A model generated the notes under the pieces. That model ran no database searches. It saw only the letters and a list, made by a program, of their open reading frames with translations, and was not told the DNA's origin. A stretch of 64,000 nt of DNA from an uncultured Atopobiaceae bacterium (GTDB lineage: Bacteria > Actinomycetota > Coriobacteriia > Coriobacteriales > Atopobiaceae): NCBI GenBank assembly GCA_947631545.1, contig CANRLS010000003.1, forward strand, positions 3,146 through 67,145, given 5' to 3'. Made by a program: the position numbers and the translations under genes. Shown piece after piece: positions 7,772-17,493 of this stretch (positions are counted from its first letter, which is position 1; each line of letters begins with the position of its first letter).

Positions 7772-8929
7772 CTACGCGGCGATCACCCTGACGCGGCACA
7801 TGCCGTCGATGGACTTCAGGGCCTGGACGATCTCTCGCTCCAGGTGCTCGTCGGTGTCGAAGAGCGTGTAGGCCCACTCCCCCGTGTTCTCGTTCATCAT
7901 GCGGCCCACGTTGGCGGAGGCGCCGGCGAGGATCGTCGTGATCTGGCCGATCATGCCGGGCTTGTTGGCGTGGAGGCAGGCGATGCGGCTGGCGCCCCGG
8001 CAGGTCCCGAGCGAGCAGTCTGGGTAGTTCACCGAATGGGTGATGTTTCCGCGATCGAGGTAGTCGATGACCTCCTCGAGCGCCATGCGCGCGCAGTTTG
8101 CCGCAGCCTCCACCGTGCCCGCGCCCGTGTGGGGCGTGACCAGCGTGTGGGGCATGTGAAGCGCCTTGGGCGTGGCGAAGTCGGTGATGTAGGTCTCCAC
8201 TTGGCCGCTCTCGATGGCCTCCTCCATGGCGTCCTCGTCGATCACGCCGTCGCGGGCGTAGTTCAAGACGAGCGCGCCCTGGGCGAGGAGGTCGAGCTCG
8301 GGGCGCGAGATGAGGCCGATCGTGCCCTTGGTGCGCGGCACGTGCACGGTGAGGTAGTCGGCGCCGTCGATGAGCTCGGCGAGGTCGCCCACCACCGTCA
8401 CATCGCGGTCGAGCTCCAAAGCGTGGTCCACCGTGAGGTAGGGGTCGTAGCCATGGACCTCCATGCCGAGCGCCACACAGGCGTTGGCCACCTGGGTGCC
8501 CACGGCGCCGAGGCCGATGACGCCGATCTTGCGCCCCATGAGCTCGCGGCCGACGAAGGCCTTCTTCGACTTCTCCGCGTCTTGGAGGGCGTTCTTGTCC
8601 TCGACGTGGGCCTGGGCCCACATGACGGAATCGAGGATGTTCCTGGATCCCATGAGCAAAAGCCCGATGACGAGCTCCTTCACCGCGTTGGCGTTGGCGC
8701 CGGGCGTGTTGAAGACCACGACGCCGCGCTCGGCGAGCGCCTCGACGGGGATGTTGTTGGTGCCGGCACCGGCGCGGGCGATGCAGCGCACGGAGCGCGG
8801 GATCTCGATGGCATTCAGGTCGGCCGAGCGCAGGAGCACCGCGTCGGCGCCGTCGATGTCGTCCGTCTGGCGATAGCCCTCGGGGAGGCGTCCCAGATCG
8901 ATGTCGTTGAATACCTTGATGGAGCGCAT
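7772..8929 (-). CDS. serA: D-3-phosphoglycerate dehydrogenase (short form with C-terminal ACT-like region)
   Basis: From ATG 8927-8929 the protein starts MRSIKVFNDI. It has the NAD fold GVIGLGAVG and a 2-hydroxyacid dehydrogenase core (TPHTGAGT). The gene neighbours serC. Confidence 0.9.
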   Translation of the reverse strand: MRSIKVFNDIDLGRLPEGYRQTDDIDGADAVLLRSADLNAIEIPRSVRCIARAGAGTNNIPVEALAERGVVVFNTPGANANAVKELVIGLLLMGSRNILDSVMWAQAHVEDKNALQDAEKSKKAFVGRELMGRKIGVIGLGAVGTQVANACVALGMEVHGYDPYLTVDHALELDRDVTVVGDLAELIDGADYLTVHVPRTKGTIGLISRPELDLLAQGALVLNYARDGVIDEDAMEEAIESGQVETYITDFATPKALHMPHTLVTPHTGAGTVEAAANCARMALEEVIDYLDRGNITHSVNYPDCSLGTCRGASRIACLHANKPGMIGQITTILAGASANVGRMMNENTGEWAYTLFDTDEHLEREIVQALKSIDGMCRVRVIAA

Positions 8930-9057
8930 GGTTGGACCTTCTTCTCTTCTCTCATATTGCCGGAGCCGGCGGGCGCGGGCGTTCGGTGCGGGCCGCGCGG
9001 CGAAGCGCATGGCGCGCGAGGAGCGACCCGGCTCGCCCCTCGCCTCGGCCCTCTGGG

Positions 9058-10158
9058 CTACTCCGTGGCGCTCGTGCCGGCGTGGAGCTCTTCGAACTCC
9101 TCCATGAGCCCCACGAGACGCTCGACCGAGGCCTTGGGCACGGCGTTGTAGATGGAGGCGCGCATGCCGCCCACGAGCCGATGGCCGCCGAGGCCCACGA
9201 GCCCCGCCCGTGCCGCCTCGGAGACGAACTCGCGATCGAGCTCGGGGATGTCGGTGGTGAAGGTCACGTTCGAGATGGAGCGGTCGCGCGGGAGCGCCGT
9301 GCCGTGGAAGAGCCCGGAGCGGTCGATGGCGTCGTAGAGGAGGCTCGCCTTCTTGCGGTTCCTCGCCTCCATGGCCTCGAGGCCGCCCATCTCCTCCACC
9401 CACTTGAAGACCTTGCCGCAGACGTAGATGCCCCAGGTGTTGGGCGTGTTGAGCATGGAGCCCTGCAGGGCCTGGAGGCGCCAGTCGAGGTAGGTGGGGC
9501 AGATGGGAAGGGCCGGGCCCTGGGCGATGAGGTCGTGGCGCACGATGATGACGGCCACGCCCGCGGGGCCGGCGTTCTTCTGGGCGCCGGCGTAGATGAC
9601 GCCGTAGCGCTCGACGTCGAGGGGCATCGAGAGGAAGCAGCTCGAGACGTCGGCCACGAGCGGGACATCGCCCGTCTTGGGCAGGCGCTGCCACATGGTG
9701 CCGAAGATGGTGTTGTTCTGGCAGATATGGACGTAGTCGAGGCCCGAGCCGGAGAGGTCGCCCACCTCTGGGATGCGGTCGTAGTCCGTATCCTCGGAAG
9801 TGGCGATGCAGAGCGCCTCGCCGTACTTGGCGCCCTCCTCGTAGGCCTTCTTGGAGAAGTTGCCCGATACCACGTAGCCCGCCCGGCCGGTGCGCATGAG
9901 GTTCATGGCCACGGCGGCGAACTCGAGCGTGGCGCCGCCCGAGAGGAAGAGCACGTCGTAGTCGTCGGGGATGGCGAGGACGCGCCTAAGGGTTGCCTCG
10001 GCCTCCTCGTAGATGGGCTTGTACATGGCGGAGCGATGGCTCATCTCCATGACCGAGAGGCCCTCGCCCGCGTAGTCGAGGAGCTCCGCCTGAACCTCCT
10101 CGAGGACGGGCAGCGGCAGCGCCGCCGGCCCAGGATTGAAGTTATGAACCCTCGCCAT
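9058..10158 (-). CDS. serC: 3-phosphoserine aminotransferase
   Basis: From ATG 10156-10158 the protein starts MARVHNFNPGPAALPLPVLEEVQ...SVMEMSHRS. This is the canonical SerC N-terminus. About 366 aa. Confidence 0.9.
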   Translation of the reverse strand: MARVHNFNPGPAALPLPVLEEVQAELLDYAGEGLSVMEMSHRSAMYKPIYEEAEATLRRVLAIPDDYDVLFLSGGATLEFAAVAMNLMRTGRAGYVVSGNFSKKAYEEGAKYGEALCIATSEDTDYDRIPEVGDLSGSGLDYVHICQNNTIFGTMWQRLPKTGDVPLVADVSSCFLSMPLDVERYGVIYAGAQKNAGPAGVAVIIVRHDLIAQGPALPICPTYLDWRLQALQGSMLNTPNTWGIYVCGKVFKWVEEMGGLEAMEARNRKKASLLYDAIDRSGLFHGTALPRDRSISNVTFTTDIPELDREFVSEAARAGLVGLGGHRLVGGMRASIYNAVPKASVERLVGLMEEFEELHAGTSATE

Positions 10159-10323
10159 GGATGCCTCCTCGAGCGTTGGAAGTGAAGCCCACGGCATGGT
10201 AGCAGCATGGGCGAAGGGCGATTCGGCAGACGTGTTACGGCTTGACGGCGAAGAAGGGCGGCGAGCCGCGAGGGCGCACCGCCCCGGGACGCGTGCGCGA
10301 GGGGCCCTGCAGGGCGCCGCAGC

Positions 10324-11613
10324 CTAGAGCTGGCGCCACTTCCGCTCGGTGAGGATGCGGGCGAGGACGATGCCGAGGGGGATGAAGAGGATGATGATCA
10401 TGCCCTCGACGAACCAGGAGATGCCGTCGATGACAGGTCCCTCCGCGAGGAAGTAGATCGCGCGGAAGAGGAAGAGTCCGGGGATGAGGAGGATCGACGG
10501 CGGCACGCAGATGGCGAGGCGCGAGCAGGTGAAGACGCGGCCCGCGAACGCCGCCAGGAGCCCGATCACCGTGGCCGCGAGGAAGGTCGCGACCTCCACC
10601 TCCATGCCGAACTGCACGAGGATGAACTTGACGCCGATGGAGATGGCGCCGATCACGCCGGAGATGAGGCAGAACGACGGTCGTCCGCCGAAGAGCACGG
10701 CAAGCGTGCAGCCGGCGAGGAAGGCGAAGCCGCACTCGACGAGTCCCTGCCCCCAGACCGGAAGCCCCAGTCCCCCGAGGTCGGATGGGTAGAAGCCGAA
10801 GAGGTCGGCCACGAGCCAGGCGATGCCCGCCGCCAGCACGAAGCCCACGAGGGCGTAGAGCAGCCGCTCGAAGCCGCCGCGCATCTCGAGCTTGAAGAAG
10901 TCGAGGCCCGAGGCCACAAGCGGGAAGCCCGGCAGGCTGTAGAGGATGGCCGCGATGTAGCCCGCCTGCTTGGGCTCGGAGCCGGGGATCATGGCCGCCG
11001 CGGCGTACATGACCGCGAGGTAGCCGCCGCAGGAGACGGCGACGGCGATGCAGATGGCGACCATCGGGTTGTAGCCGCGCGCGCCGAGGTAGACGTTCAC
11101 GGCCATGCCGAGGCCGCCGCCGAAGAAGGCGCAGAGGAACTCGATGGGGCCGCCGCCCAGAAGGAACGCGAACGAGCCGCAGGCGAGCGCGCAGGCGCCG
11201 ATCGTCTGCCAGGGGCCCCACACCGGCTCGTCCTCCTCGACGGCCGTGAGCATGGAATCGAGCCCCTCGATCCCCATGCGAGGACCGATCGCCTCGGAGT
11301 CCTCGAGCATATGGTCCATCTCGTCGATGAGGGCGGTGGAGGTGCCCGGCACGGCGACGTTCACGATCTCGGTATGGCTCTCGGCGCCGTCGGAGACGGA
11401 GAGATCGATGGAGTTCAGGCCCACGTCGGCTTCGACCTTGAGCCCGAAGATGGCGCCCAGCCGGCACATCACGTCGTGGACGCGCCAGGAGCCGGCGCCG
11501 GAGTTCAGCATGAGCCGGCCCGCCTTGGCGATGACGCTCGTCGCCCGATCCAGGTCGATGGGCTCCGGCGCTCCCTCGTCCTGCGCGTTCACGCCCACAT
11601 GTGCCTTGGCCAT
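10324..11613 (-). CDS. threonine/serine exporter family protein (fused ThrE DUF1212 + DUF3815 halves)
   Basis: From ATG 11611-11613, about 429 aa. A soluble-looking N-terminus (VIAKAGRLMLNSGAGSWRVHDVM) is followed by about 10 hydrophobic helices. The architecture is that of ThrE/YjjP-YjjB. Confidence 0.75.
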   Translation of the reverse strand: MAKAHVGVNAQDEGAPEPIDLDRATSVIAKAGRLMLNSGAGSWRVHDVMCRLGAIFGLKVEADVGLNSIDLSVSDGAESHTEIVNVAVPGTSTALIDEMDHMLEDSEAIGPRMGIEGLDSMLTAVEEDEPVWGPWQTIGACALACGSFAFLLGGGPIEFLCAFFGGGLGMAVNVYLGARGYNPMVAICIAVAVSCGGYLAVMYAAAAMIPGSEPKQAGYIAAILYSLPGFPLVASGLDFFKLEMRGGFERLLYALVGFVLAAGIAWLVADLFGFYPSDLGGLGLPVWGQGLVECGFAFLAGCTLAVLFGGRPSFCLISGVIGAISIGVKFILVQFGMEVEVATFLAATVIGLLAAFAGRVFTCSRLAICVPPSILLIPGLFLFRAIYFLAEGPVIDGISWFVEGMIIILFIPLGIVLARILTERKWRQL

Positions 11614-11784
11614 GGACCCTCCTCGAGTCTCGCTACTCCCGAAACGGCTCTCCCCAACGAACCCGCGACGCTCCGACACTCTCGCACAGAGTGTAAGCCC
11701 GAAGGAAGCCGCAGGTGGGGAACAAGGGGCGTAGGGACCCGAACGGGCGGACGAGAGCGAGAGCGGCTGGGGGGCGAGGGCGCG

Positions 11785-12873
11785 ATGGCGGAGGTGGCCG
11801 GGCAGACGCCGTTCAACGGCTACGAGTATCACGTGCGCAAGCGCGCGCTCTGGACGCCCACCGGCGTGGCGTTCCTCGTGGCGTCGTTCGGCGTGAGCAG
11901 CTTCTGCATGCTCCTGCCGCCCATCCAGTCCAAGGATGCGGCGGTCCTGGCCGCGGTCCTCGACTGGTTCGTGCACTTCGAGAGCCGGGAGCTCCTGGCC
12001 GGCTACAGCTTCTCCGATTCGCACGTGAGCGCGTCGTTCTCGCTCATCGGGCTCGTGATCATCGGCATCGTGATCTTGCAGGTGGCCAAGCGCGACAACA
12101 TCGCCTTCATGGAGGCCTACCCCTACATGGACCTCTCGTTCACGCCGGACGAGATCCGCTCCGCCCGCCGCCGCCAGCGCATCATCGTGGGCGCGGGCGC
12201 AGCCGTCATCGTCGCGGCGGCCGCCACCGACATCGCGCTCGCCGTGCAGGGCCATGCCAAGGTGGGAAACGGCATCGGCTTCTGCACGGGGGCCGTGGGC
12301 GCCTGGCTCGTCGTGCACGGCTTCCTGGGCGATCGCGTGGCCCAGGGCGTGCTCTACAACTACGAGGCGCTCCAGCGCACGAGCCTCTACCGCATCGAGC
12401 AGTACTACCAGGGCCCCGAGCGGAGCGTGGTCCTCGCCGCCAAGCACCGCTCCATGCTCACGCAGGCGTGGGATCGGGTGCTCTGGGTGGCGGGCGCCCT
12501 GGGAGCGCTCGCGCTCTACTTCATCCCCACGCTGGAGACTCCCTGGTGGTGGGTGCCGCTCGCCGTGGCGGGCATCCTCTCGCTCGTGAACGTGAACCTC
12601 GCCGTGCGCTGGGTGCTCGCCGCCATCCGCGAGAGCGAGGACCTGCAGTCGCTTCGCGACAAGGTCATCCACGGGCGCGCCGACGAGGGGGCCGGAGGGG
12701 CCGAGGAAGCTGCCGACAGGGCCGAGGAGGAGCACGCGGCCTTCGAGACCATGGTGGACGAGGTGGCCGAGGGCGTCGCCGACGCCGAGGAGGCGCCGGC
12801 CGAGGCCGTCATGGCCACGGACGACGAGGACGCCCCGAGGGACGACCCTCTAAACGGCGACAGGCTGCCGTAG
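11785..12873 (+). CDS. hypothetical polytopic membrane protein with acidic C-terminal tail
   Basis: ATG 11785, 362 aa, about 6 hydrophobic segments. GC3-rich codon usage consistent with coding. I recognise no family. The last roughly 80 aa are D/E/A-rich. Confidence 0.55.
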   Translation: MAEVAGQTPFNGYEYHVRKRALWTPTGVAFLVASFGVSSFCMLLPPIQSKDAAVLAAVLDWFVHFESRELLAGYSFSDSHVSASFSLIGLVIIGIVILQVAKRDNIAFMEAYPYMDLSFTPDEIRSARRRQRIIVGAGAAVIVAAAATDIALAVQGHAKVGNGIGFCTGAVGAWLVVHGFLGDRVAQGVLYNYEALQRTSLYRIEQYYQGPERSVVLAAKHRSMLTQAWDRVLWVAGALGALALYFIPTLETPWWWVPLAVAGILSLVNVNLAVRWVLAAIRESEDLQSLRDKVIHGRADEGAGGAEEAADRAEEEHAAFETMVDEVAEGVADAEEAPAEAVMATDDEDAPRDDPLNGDRLP

Positions 12874-12936
12874 GGCACGAGACCGGCCCGAGCGGGCTCG
12901 GCTCGTTCGTGCGGACTCTAAGGCATGGGCCCCTCG

Positions 12937-14439
12937 CTACGCGGGGTGGTGCATCGCCTGGGCGAGGGCGGCCTTCCAGCGGCCCATGCGCTCCTCGCGC
13001 TCCGCTTCGCCCATCGACGGCTCGTAGACGGTGCGCTCGATGGCGTCGTAGATGGCGTTTCCGCGATAGACGCCGGCTGAGCTCCCGGCTACGTAGGCGG
13101 CCCCGCCGGCCGAGAGCTCGGTGAGGCTCGACACCACCACGCGCGCATCGGCGAGGTCGGCTTGGAGCTGCATGAGGTAGGCATTCCTCGAGGGGCCGCC
13201 ATCGGCCCGGAGCTCCGGCGCGGGAAAGCCGCTGTCGGCGCGCATGGCGCGCACGAGCGAGGCGTCCTGGAGGGGAATCGAGTCGAGCACGGCACGGACG
13301 ATCTCCTCGCGCCCGGTGGTTCGCGTGACACCGGTGAGGAGACCCGTCGCCTCGCCATCCCACCAGGGCGCCCCGAGCCCCGTGAAGGCCGGCACGAAGA
13401 CCGCGCGGTCCGCCGAATTCGCCCGCCGGGCCACATCCTCGGCCTCGCCGGGGTCGTGGATGAGGCGCAGGTCGTCGATGAGCCACGTGACGACGGCGCC
13501 CGAGTAGTTGATGTTTCCCTCCAGGATGTAGCTCACCTTGCCGCTGAAGTCCCAGGCGATGGACGTGACGAGCCCGTTCGAGCTCCGCACGAGCCGCTCC
13601 CTCGTCTGCATGACGACGGAGCTGCCGGTGCCGTAGGTGGCCTTCATCTCGCCGGGCTCCAGGCAGTTCTGGGCCGCGAGGGCAGCCTGCGAGTCGCCGA
13701 GCACGCCGCAGAGCGGGATCGGCTCGTCGAAGAGTCCGCCGAGAGTCGTGAGCCCGAAGACCGAGTCGGAGTGGCAAACCTCGGGAAGCGCCTCGATGGG
13801 GAGACCGAAGAAGTCGCAGAGCTCTTGGCTCCATGCCACCTTCCGGAGGTCCAGCAGCTGCGTGCGGCAGGCGTTCGAGGGCTCTGTCCTCACCGGGTGT
13901 CCTTGGCAGAGCTTGAAGGCGACCCAGGAGTCCATGGTGCCGAGGACGAGGGTTCCGCGCTCGGCCGCGTCGCGAACGGGCGGCAGGTTCTCGAGAAGCC
14001 AGGCCATCTTCGAGGCGGAGAAATAGGGCGAGAGCTCGAGGCCGCTGAGCTCGCGGATCCGTTCCACCTGCCCCGCCTTCCCGCTCGCGAGTCGGGCGCA
14101 GAGCCCCTGGGCTCGCCCGTCGTGCCAGACGATGGCGTTCCCGAGCGCTTGGCGCGTCTCGCGGTCCCAGGCGAGGCAGGTCTCGCGCTGGTTGGAGAGC
14201 CCCACGCAGGCCACCTCGCCCTCGAGGACGCCCGCCTGGGTGCAGACGTCGCGCGCCACGGCGATGACGTTGGTGACGATCTCCTCGGGGTCGTGGGAGA
14301 CCCAGCCCCGGTCGTTCACGATCTGGCGGTGGGCGCGCGCGGCCTTGACCACGGCGTTTCCCAACCGGTCGAAGAGCACGGCCTTCGTCCCCTGCGTCGA
14401 CTGGTCGATGGCGAGGACGAAGGGTGCGTGCTCATTCAT
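12937..14439 (-). CDS. FGGY-family carbohydrate kinase, glycerol-kinase-like
   Basis: From ATG 14437-14439 the protein starts MNEHAPFVLAIDQSTQGTKAVLFD...GWVSHDPEEI...NQRETCLAWD. It also has GDSQAAL and GTGSS motifs. The GlpK-like pattern holds throughout. About 500 aa. Confidence 0.85.
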   Translation of the reverse strand: MNEHAPFVLAIDQSTQGTKAVLFDRLGNAVVKAARAHRQIVNDRGWVSHDPEEIVTNVIAVARDVCTQAGVLEGEVACVGLSNQRETCLAWDRETRQALGNAIVWHDGRAQGLCARLASGKAGQVERIRELSGLELSPYFSASKMAWLLENLPPVRDAAERGTLVLGTMDSWVAFKLCQGHPVRTEPSNACRTQLLDLRKVAWSQELCDFFGLPIEALPEVCHSDSVFGLTTLGGLFDEPIPLCGVLGDSQAALAAQNCLEPGEMKATYGTGSSVVMQTRERLVRSSNGLVTSIAWDFSGKVSYILEGNINYSGAVVTWLIDDLRLIHDPGEAEDVARRANSADRAVFVPAFTGLGAPWWDGEATGLLTGVTRTTGREEIVRAVLDSIPLQDASLVRAMRADSGFPAPELRADGGPSRNAYLMQLQADLADARVVVSSLTELSAGGAAYVAGSSAGVYRGNAIYDAIERTVYEPSMGEAEREERMGRWKAALAQAMHHPA

Positions 14440-14538
14440 GGAGTCCTCCTCGTTGGGCGGCCGCACCGAACGACCGCCTCCCATTCGCTTCCAGCGGGAC
14501 GACCGCTCCGAGCGACCGTTCCACCCTCTATCGCGCGA

Positions 14539-15495
14539 TCAGACCTTGGCGAGCAGCTCCTTGGCGCTCGCGGCGATGCCCGCGGCGTCGAGCCCATAGT
14601 GCTCGAGGATCTGCGCCTTCGTCCCCGTGACCACCGGGGTGTCCGGCAGAGCGAGCGCTTTCACCGGGCGCGGGCACTCCTCGCCGACGACTTGGGCGAC
14701 GCGCGCTCCGAGCCCGCCCGACTTCGAGTGCTCCTCGGCCGTGAGCACGACCTTCGCACCCGTGGCGGCCTCGACGACGGCGTCTCCATCGAGCGGCTTC
14801 ACGCAGTGCATATCGACGACGGTGCAGGAGACGCCGTCGGCCGAGAGCGCCTTCGCCGCATCGAGGCATGGGGCCACGAGCTCGCCGCAGGCGATGAGCG
14901 CGACGTCCTCCCCCTCGCGGAGCACGTTCGCCTTGTCCAGCTCGAACGGGCAGTCGTCCTCGCCGTAGACGTCGGGCACCGGGCTCCGCCCGACGCGCAC
15001 GTAGGCGCACTTCTCGTCCTGAAGCAGCGCCTCCATCAGCTTCTTCGTCTGATGCCGGTCGGAGGGCAGGTAGACCCGCATGTTCGGCACGGCCGCGAGA
15101 GCTGCGATGTCCTGGGCCGACTGGTGGGTCATGCCAAGCTCGCCGTAGGAGACGCCGCCGGAGATCCCGACGAGCGTCACATTGGTGTCGGAGTAGGCGC
15201 AGTCGACGCGCGCCTGCTCGTAGGAACGGGTGGCGAGAAAGCTCGCCGGCGACACGGCGACGGCCCTCTTGCCGCAGCTCGCGAGCCCGGCGGCGATGCC
15301 CACGAGATCCTGCTCGGCGATGCCCACCTCCACCGCCTGGTTCGGATAGGCCTCGAAGAAGGGCTCGAGCGCCGCCGACCCGCGGGAGTCGGAGCAGAGC
15401 ACGACGACGTCTTTGTCCTTGGCCGCCGCGTCGAAGAGGACGTCGGCGATCACGGCGCGCGGAGCCACAGGGGCATTGGGTGCGATGCTAGCCAC
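14539..15495 (-). CDS. transketolase, C-terminal (pyrimidine-binding) subunit
   Basis: Probable GTG start at 15493-15495, behind GAAAGGGG, overlapping the stop of the upstream subunit. Contains VEVGIAEQDLVGIAAGLA and a transketolase C-domain. About 318 aa. Confidence 0.85.
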   Translation of the reverse strand: MASIAPNAPVAPRAVIADVLFDAAAKDKDVVVLCSDSRGSAALEPFFEAYPNQAVEVGIAEQDLVGIAAGLASCGKRAVAVSPASFLATRSYEQARVDCAYSDTNVTLVGISGGVSYGELGMTHQSAQDIAALAAVPNMRVYLPSDRHQTKKLMEALLQDEKCAYVRVGRSPVPDVYGEDDCPFELDKANVLREGEDVALIACGELVAPCLDAAKALSADGVSCTVVDMHCVKPLDGDAVVEAATGAKVVLTAEEHSKSGGLGARVAQVVGEECPRPVKALALPDTPVVTGTKAQILEHYGLDAAGIAASAKELLAKV

Positions 15496-16345
15496 GGTTG
15501 GCCCCTTTCTCTGCCTCGGCCCTGTGGGCCGCGAGGTCCGCTGAGATCTCCCGGTACTGCCCGTCATCGGGCACCTGGTGGTGCCACGCGGCCTTGCCCT
15601 CGCAGACCTTGCTGCCAAAGCCCTTGACGGTCTCGGCGATGATCATCGTCGGCCGACCCTCGGTCCTTTCGGCGAGGTCGAAGGCGTCGTCCAGCGCCCG
15701 TAGGTCGTGTCCGTCCACGGTGAGGACGTTCCATCCGAAGGCCCGCCAGCGCTCGGCGAGGTCGTCCAGCCTCATGACGTCCTCGGTGTCGCCGCTGATC
15801 TGCAGGCGGTTGCGGTCGACGAGGGCGCAGAGGTTGTCGAGCTCGAAGTTGGAGCCGCTCATGGCCCCCTCCCAGACGGAGCCCTCGGCCTGCTCGCCGT
15901 CGCCCATGAAGCAGTAGGTTCGATAGCCGCGCCCGTCCATCTTCGCCGCGAGGGCCATCCCCACGGCCACCGGCAGCCCGTGGCCGAGGGAGCCGGTGTT
16001 CACCTCGATGCCGGCGATCGCGTGGCTCGGATGCCCGATGTAGGGGCTCCCGTAGCGGGCATAGCGCGCCACCACATCGTCGATATCGAGGAAGCCCTTG
16101 GCCGCGAGCACCGCGTAGAGGGCCTCCACGGCATGGCCCTTCGACATGACGAAGCGATCGCGATCGGGATCATCCGGTCTCGCCGGATCCACATTCAGGT
16201 GGCGGAGATAGAGCACCAGGAGGGCGTCCGCGATGGAGAAGTCGCCGCCGATGTGGCCGGTCTTCCCCCCGTAGACCATGTCGAGCGCCCGCTGGCGCAC
16301 CTCCCAGCGAAGCCGCTCCAGCTCCTCGAACGACGTCATGGGCAT
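15488..16345 (-). CDS. transketolase, N-terminal (TPP-binding) subunit
   Basis: Contains GHIGGDFSIADAL, SKGH and the GDGE..EG TPP motif (MGDGEQAEGSVWE). The start is ambiguous between ATG 16345 and ATG 16339. The maximal ORF reaches 16372. Confidence 0.85.
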   Translation of the reverse strand: MPMTSFEELERLRWEVRQRALDMVYGGKTGHIGGDFSIADALLVLYLRHLNVDPARPDDPDRDRFVMSKGHAVEALYAVLAAKGFLDIDDVVARYARYGSPYIGHPSHAIAGIEVNTGSLGHGLPVAVGMALAAKMDGRGYRTYCFMGDGEQAEGSVWEGAMSGSNFELDNLCALVDRNRLQISGDTEDVMRLDDLAERWRAFGWNVLTVDGHDLRALDDAFDLAERTEGRPTMIIAETVKGFGSKVCEGKAAWHHQVPDDGQYREISADLAAHRAEAEKGANRG

Positions 16346-16440
16346 CGCACCTTTCGCTCTCGCGCGTATCATCGAGTCGTCCCATCGGATACGGCTCGTC
16401 CGTCGAAAACCGCCCTCCCGCGACTACGATTTCCGGGCCG

Positions 16441-17286
16441 TCAGTCCAGCAGCGCCTCGTTCAGCGGCAGGTCGTAGCGATGGGCGATGGCCCGGAGCCC
16501 GTCGTCATCGATTGTATTCGGGAAGTCCTCGGAGCCGGCGTTCATCGAGCGGGCGAGGCAGTAGATCTCGGCCGCCTTCTCCACCGCGTGCACGAGCCCG
16601 AGGGCCTCGTCGAAGCCATCGCCCGAGGCGAAGAGCCCGTGCTGGGCCCAGACGACGGCGTCGTAGGTGCGGAAGAGCTCGCTCGAGGCCTCGGCGAGCT
16701 CGGCGCTGCCGGGGACGGCCCAGGGGACGACGCCGAGGCCGCGCGGGCAGGCGATGACGCATTCGGTCATGGCGCGCCAGAGGCGAAGGGTCACGTCGCG
16801 ATCCGTGAGCGGCACGAGGGCCGTCATGGCCACGAGGTGCGAGGGATGGGCGTGGTAGAGCACGCGGCAGGCGCCGCCGGTGGCCTCGGAGCGCACCGAG
16901 AGGTTGAGCACGTGGCTCGGAAGCTCGCTCGTGGGGCGGCCGCCCTCGGCGAATCCCCAGACGAGCCGCCAGGCGTCGCCCTCCGGTGAGAGCTCGACGA
17001 TGCCCAGCTCGCGCTCGGGCGCCGCGCTCGCGTTCTTGAGGTAGCGACCGGAACCGGTCACGAGGAGGAGCGAACCGGCGAGACTCGGCGCCGCCACGCC
17101 GAGCGGCTCCCAAGGGCTGCCCTCGGCGTCGGAGCCGAGCCGCACGCCCTCGGCCTCTTCCTCGGTGAGCCGATAGGAGAGGTTTCCTCCGTTGCGCTCG
17201 TGCCAGCCCATGCGCCAACCGACGTCGCAGAGGCCGACGAACCCCTTGACGAACTCCATCTCCCCAACCGGCGAGCACGTGTCCAT
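16441..17286 (-). CDS. class II aldolase, rhamnulose-1-phosphate aldolase (RhaD)-like
   Basis: From ATG 17284-17286. GWHERNGGNLSYRL, VTGSGRYLKN, PTSELPSHVL, HAHP and VVPW..PGS align block-for-block with E. coli RhaD as I remember it. About 281 aa. Confidence 0.85.
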   Translation of the reverse strand: MDTCSPVGEMEFVKGFVGLCDVGWRMGWHERNGGNLSYRLTEEEAEGVRLGSDAEGSPWEPLGVAAPSLAGSLLLVTGSGRYLKNASAAPERELGIVELSPEGDAWRLVWGFAEGGRPTSELPSHVLNLSVRSEATGGACRVLYHAHPSHLVAMTALVPLTDRDVTLRLWRAMTECVIACPRGLGVVPWAVPGSAELAEASSELFRTYDAVVWAQHGLFASGDGFDEALGLVHAVEKAAEIYCLARSMNAGSEDFPNTIDDDGLRAIAHRYDLPLNEALLD

Positions 17287-17493
17287 GGCGCCTGTCCTCC
17301 AACGAACGACCTTCACGCCATGCAGTGTCCCACACTTCCCCCACGGGACGACCAGCAACCGCAAGGCCTACGGCTCCGCCAACGCCATCCGAACCGTCAG
17401 AATCGGCTTTCCTCGGCATGGCGTCCGAATCCCTATCTTCCTCTCATTGTCTAAATCTCCCTACATCTGCCTATCGTCGTCTAGGAACGGCAG

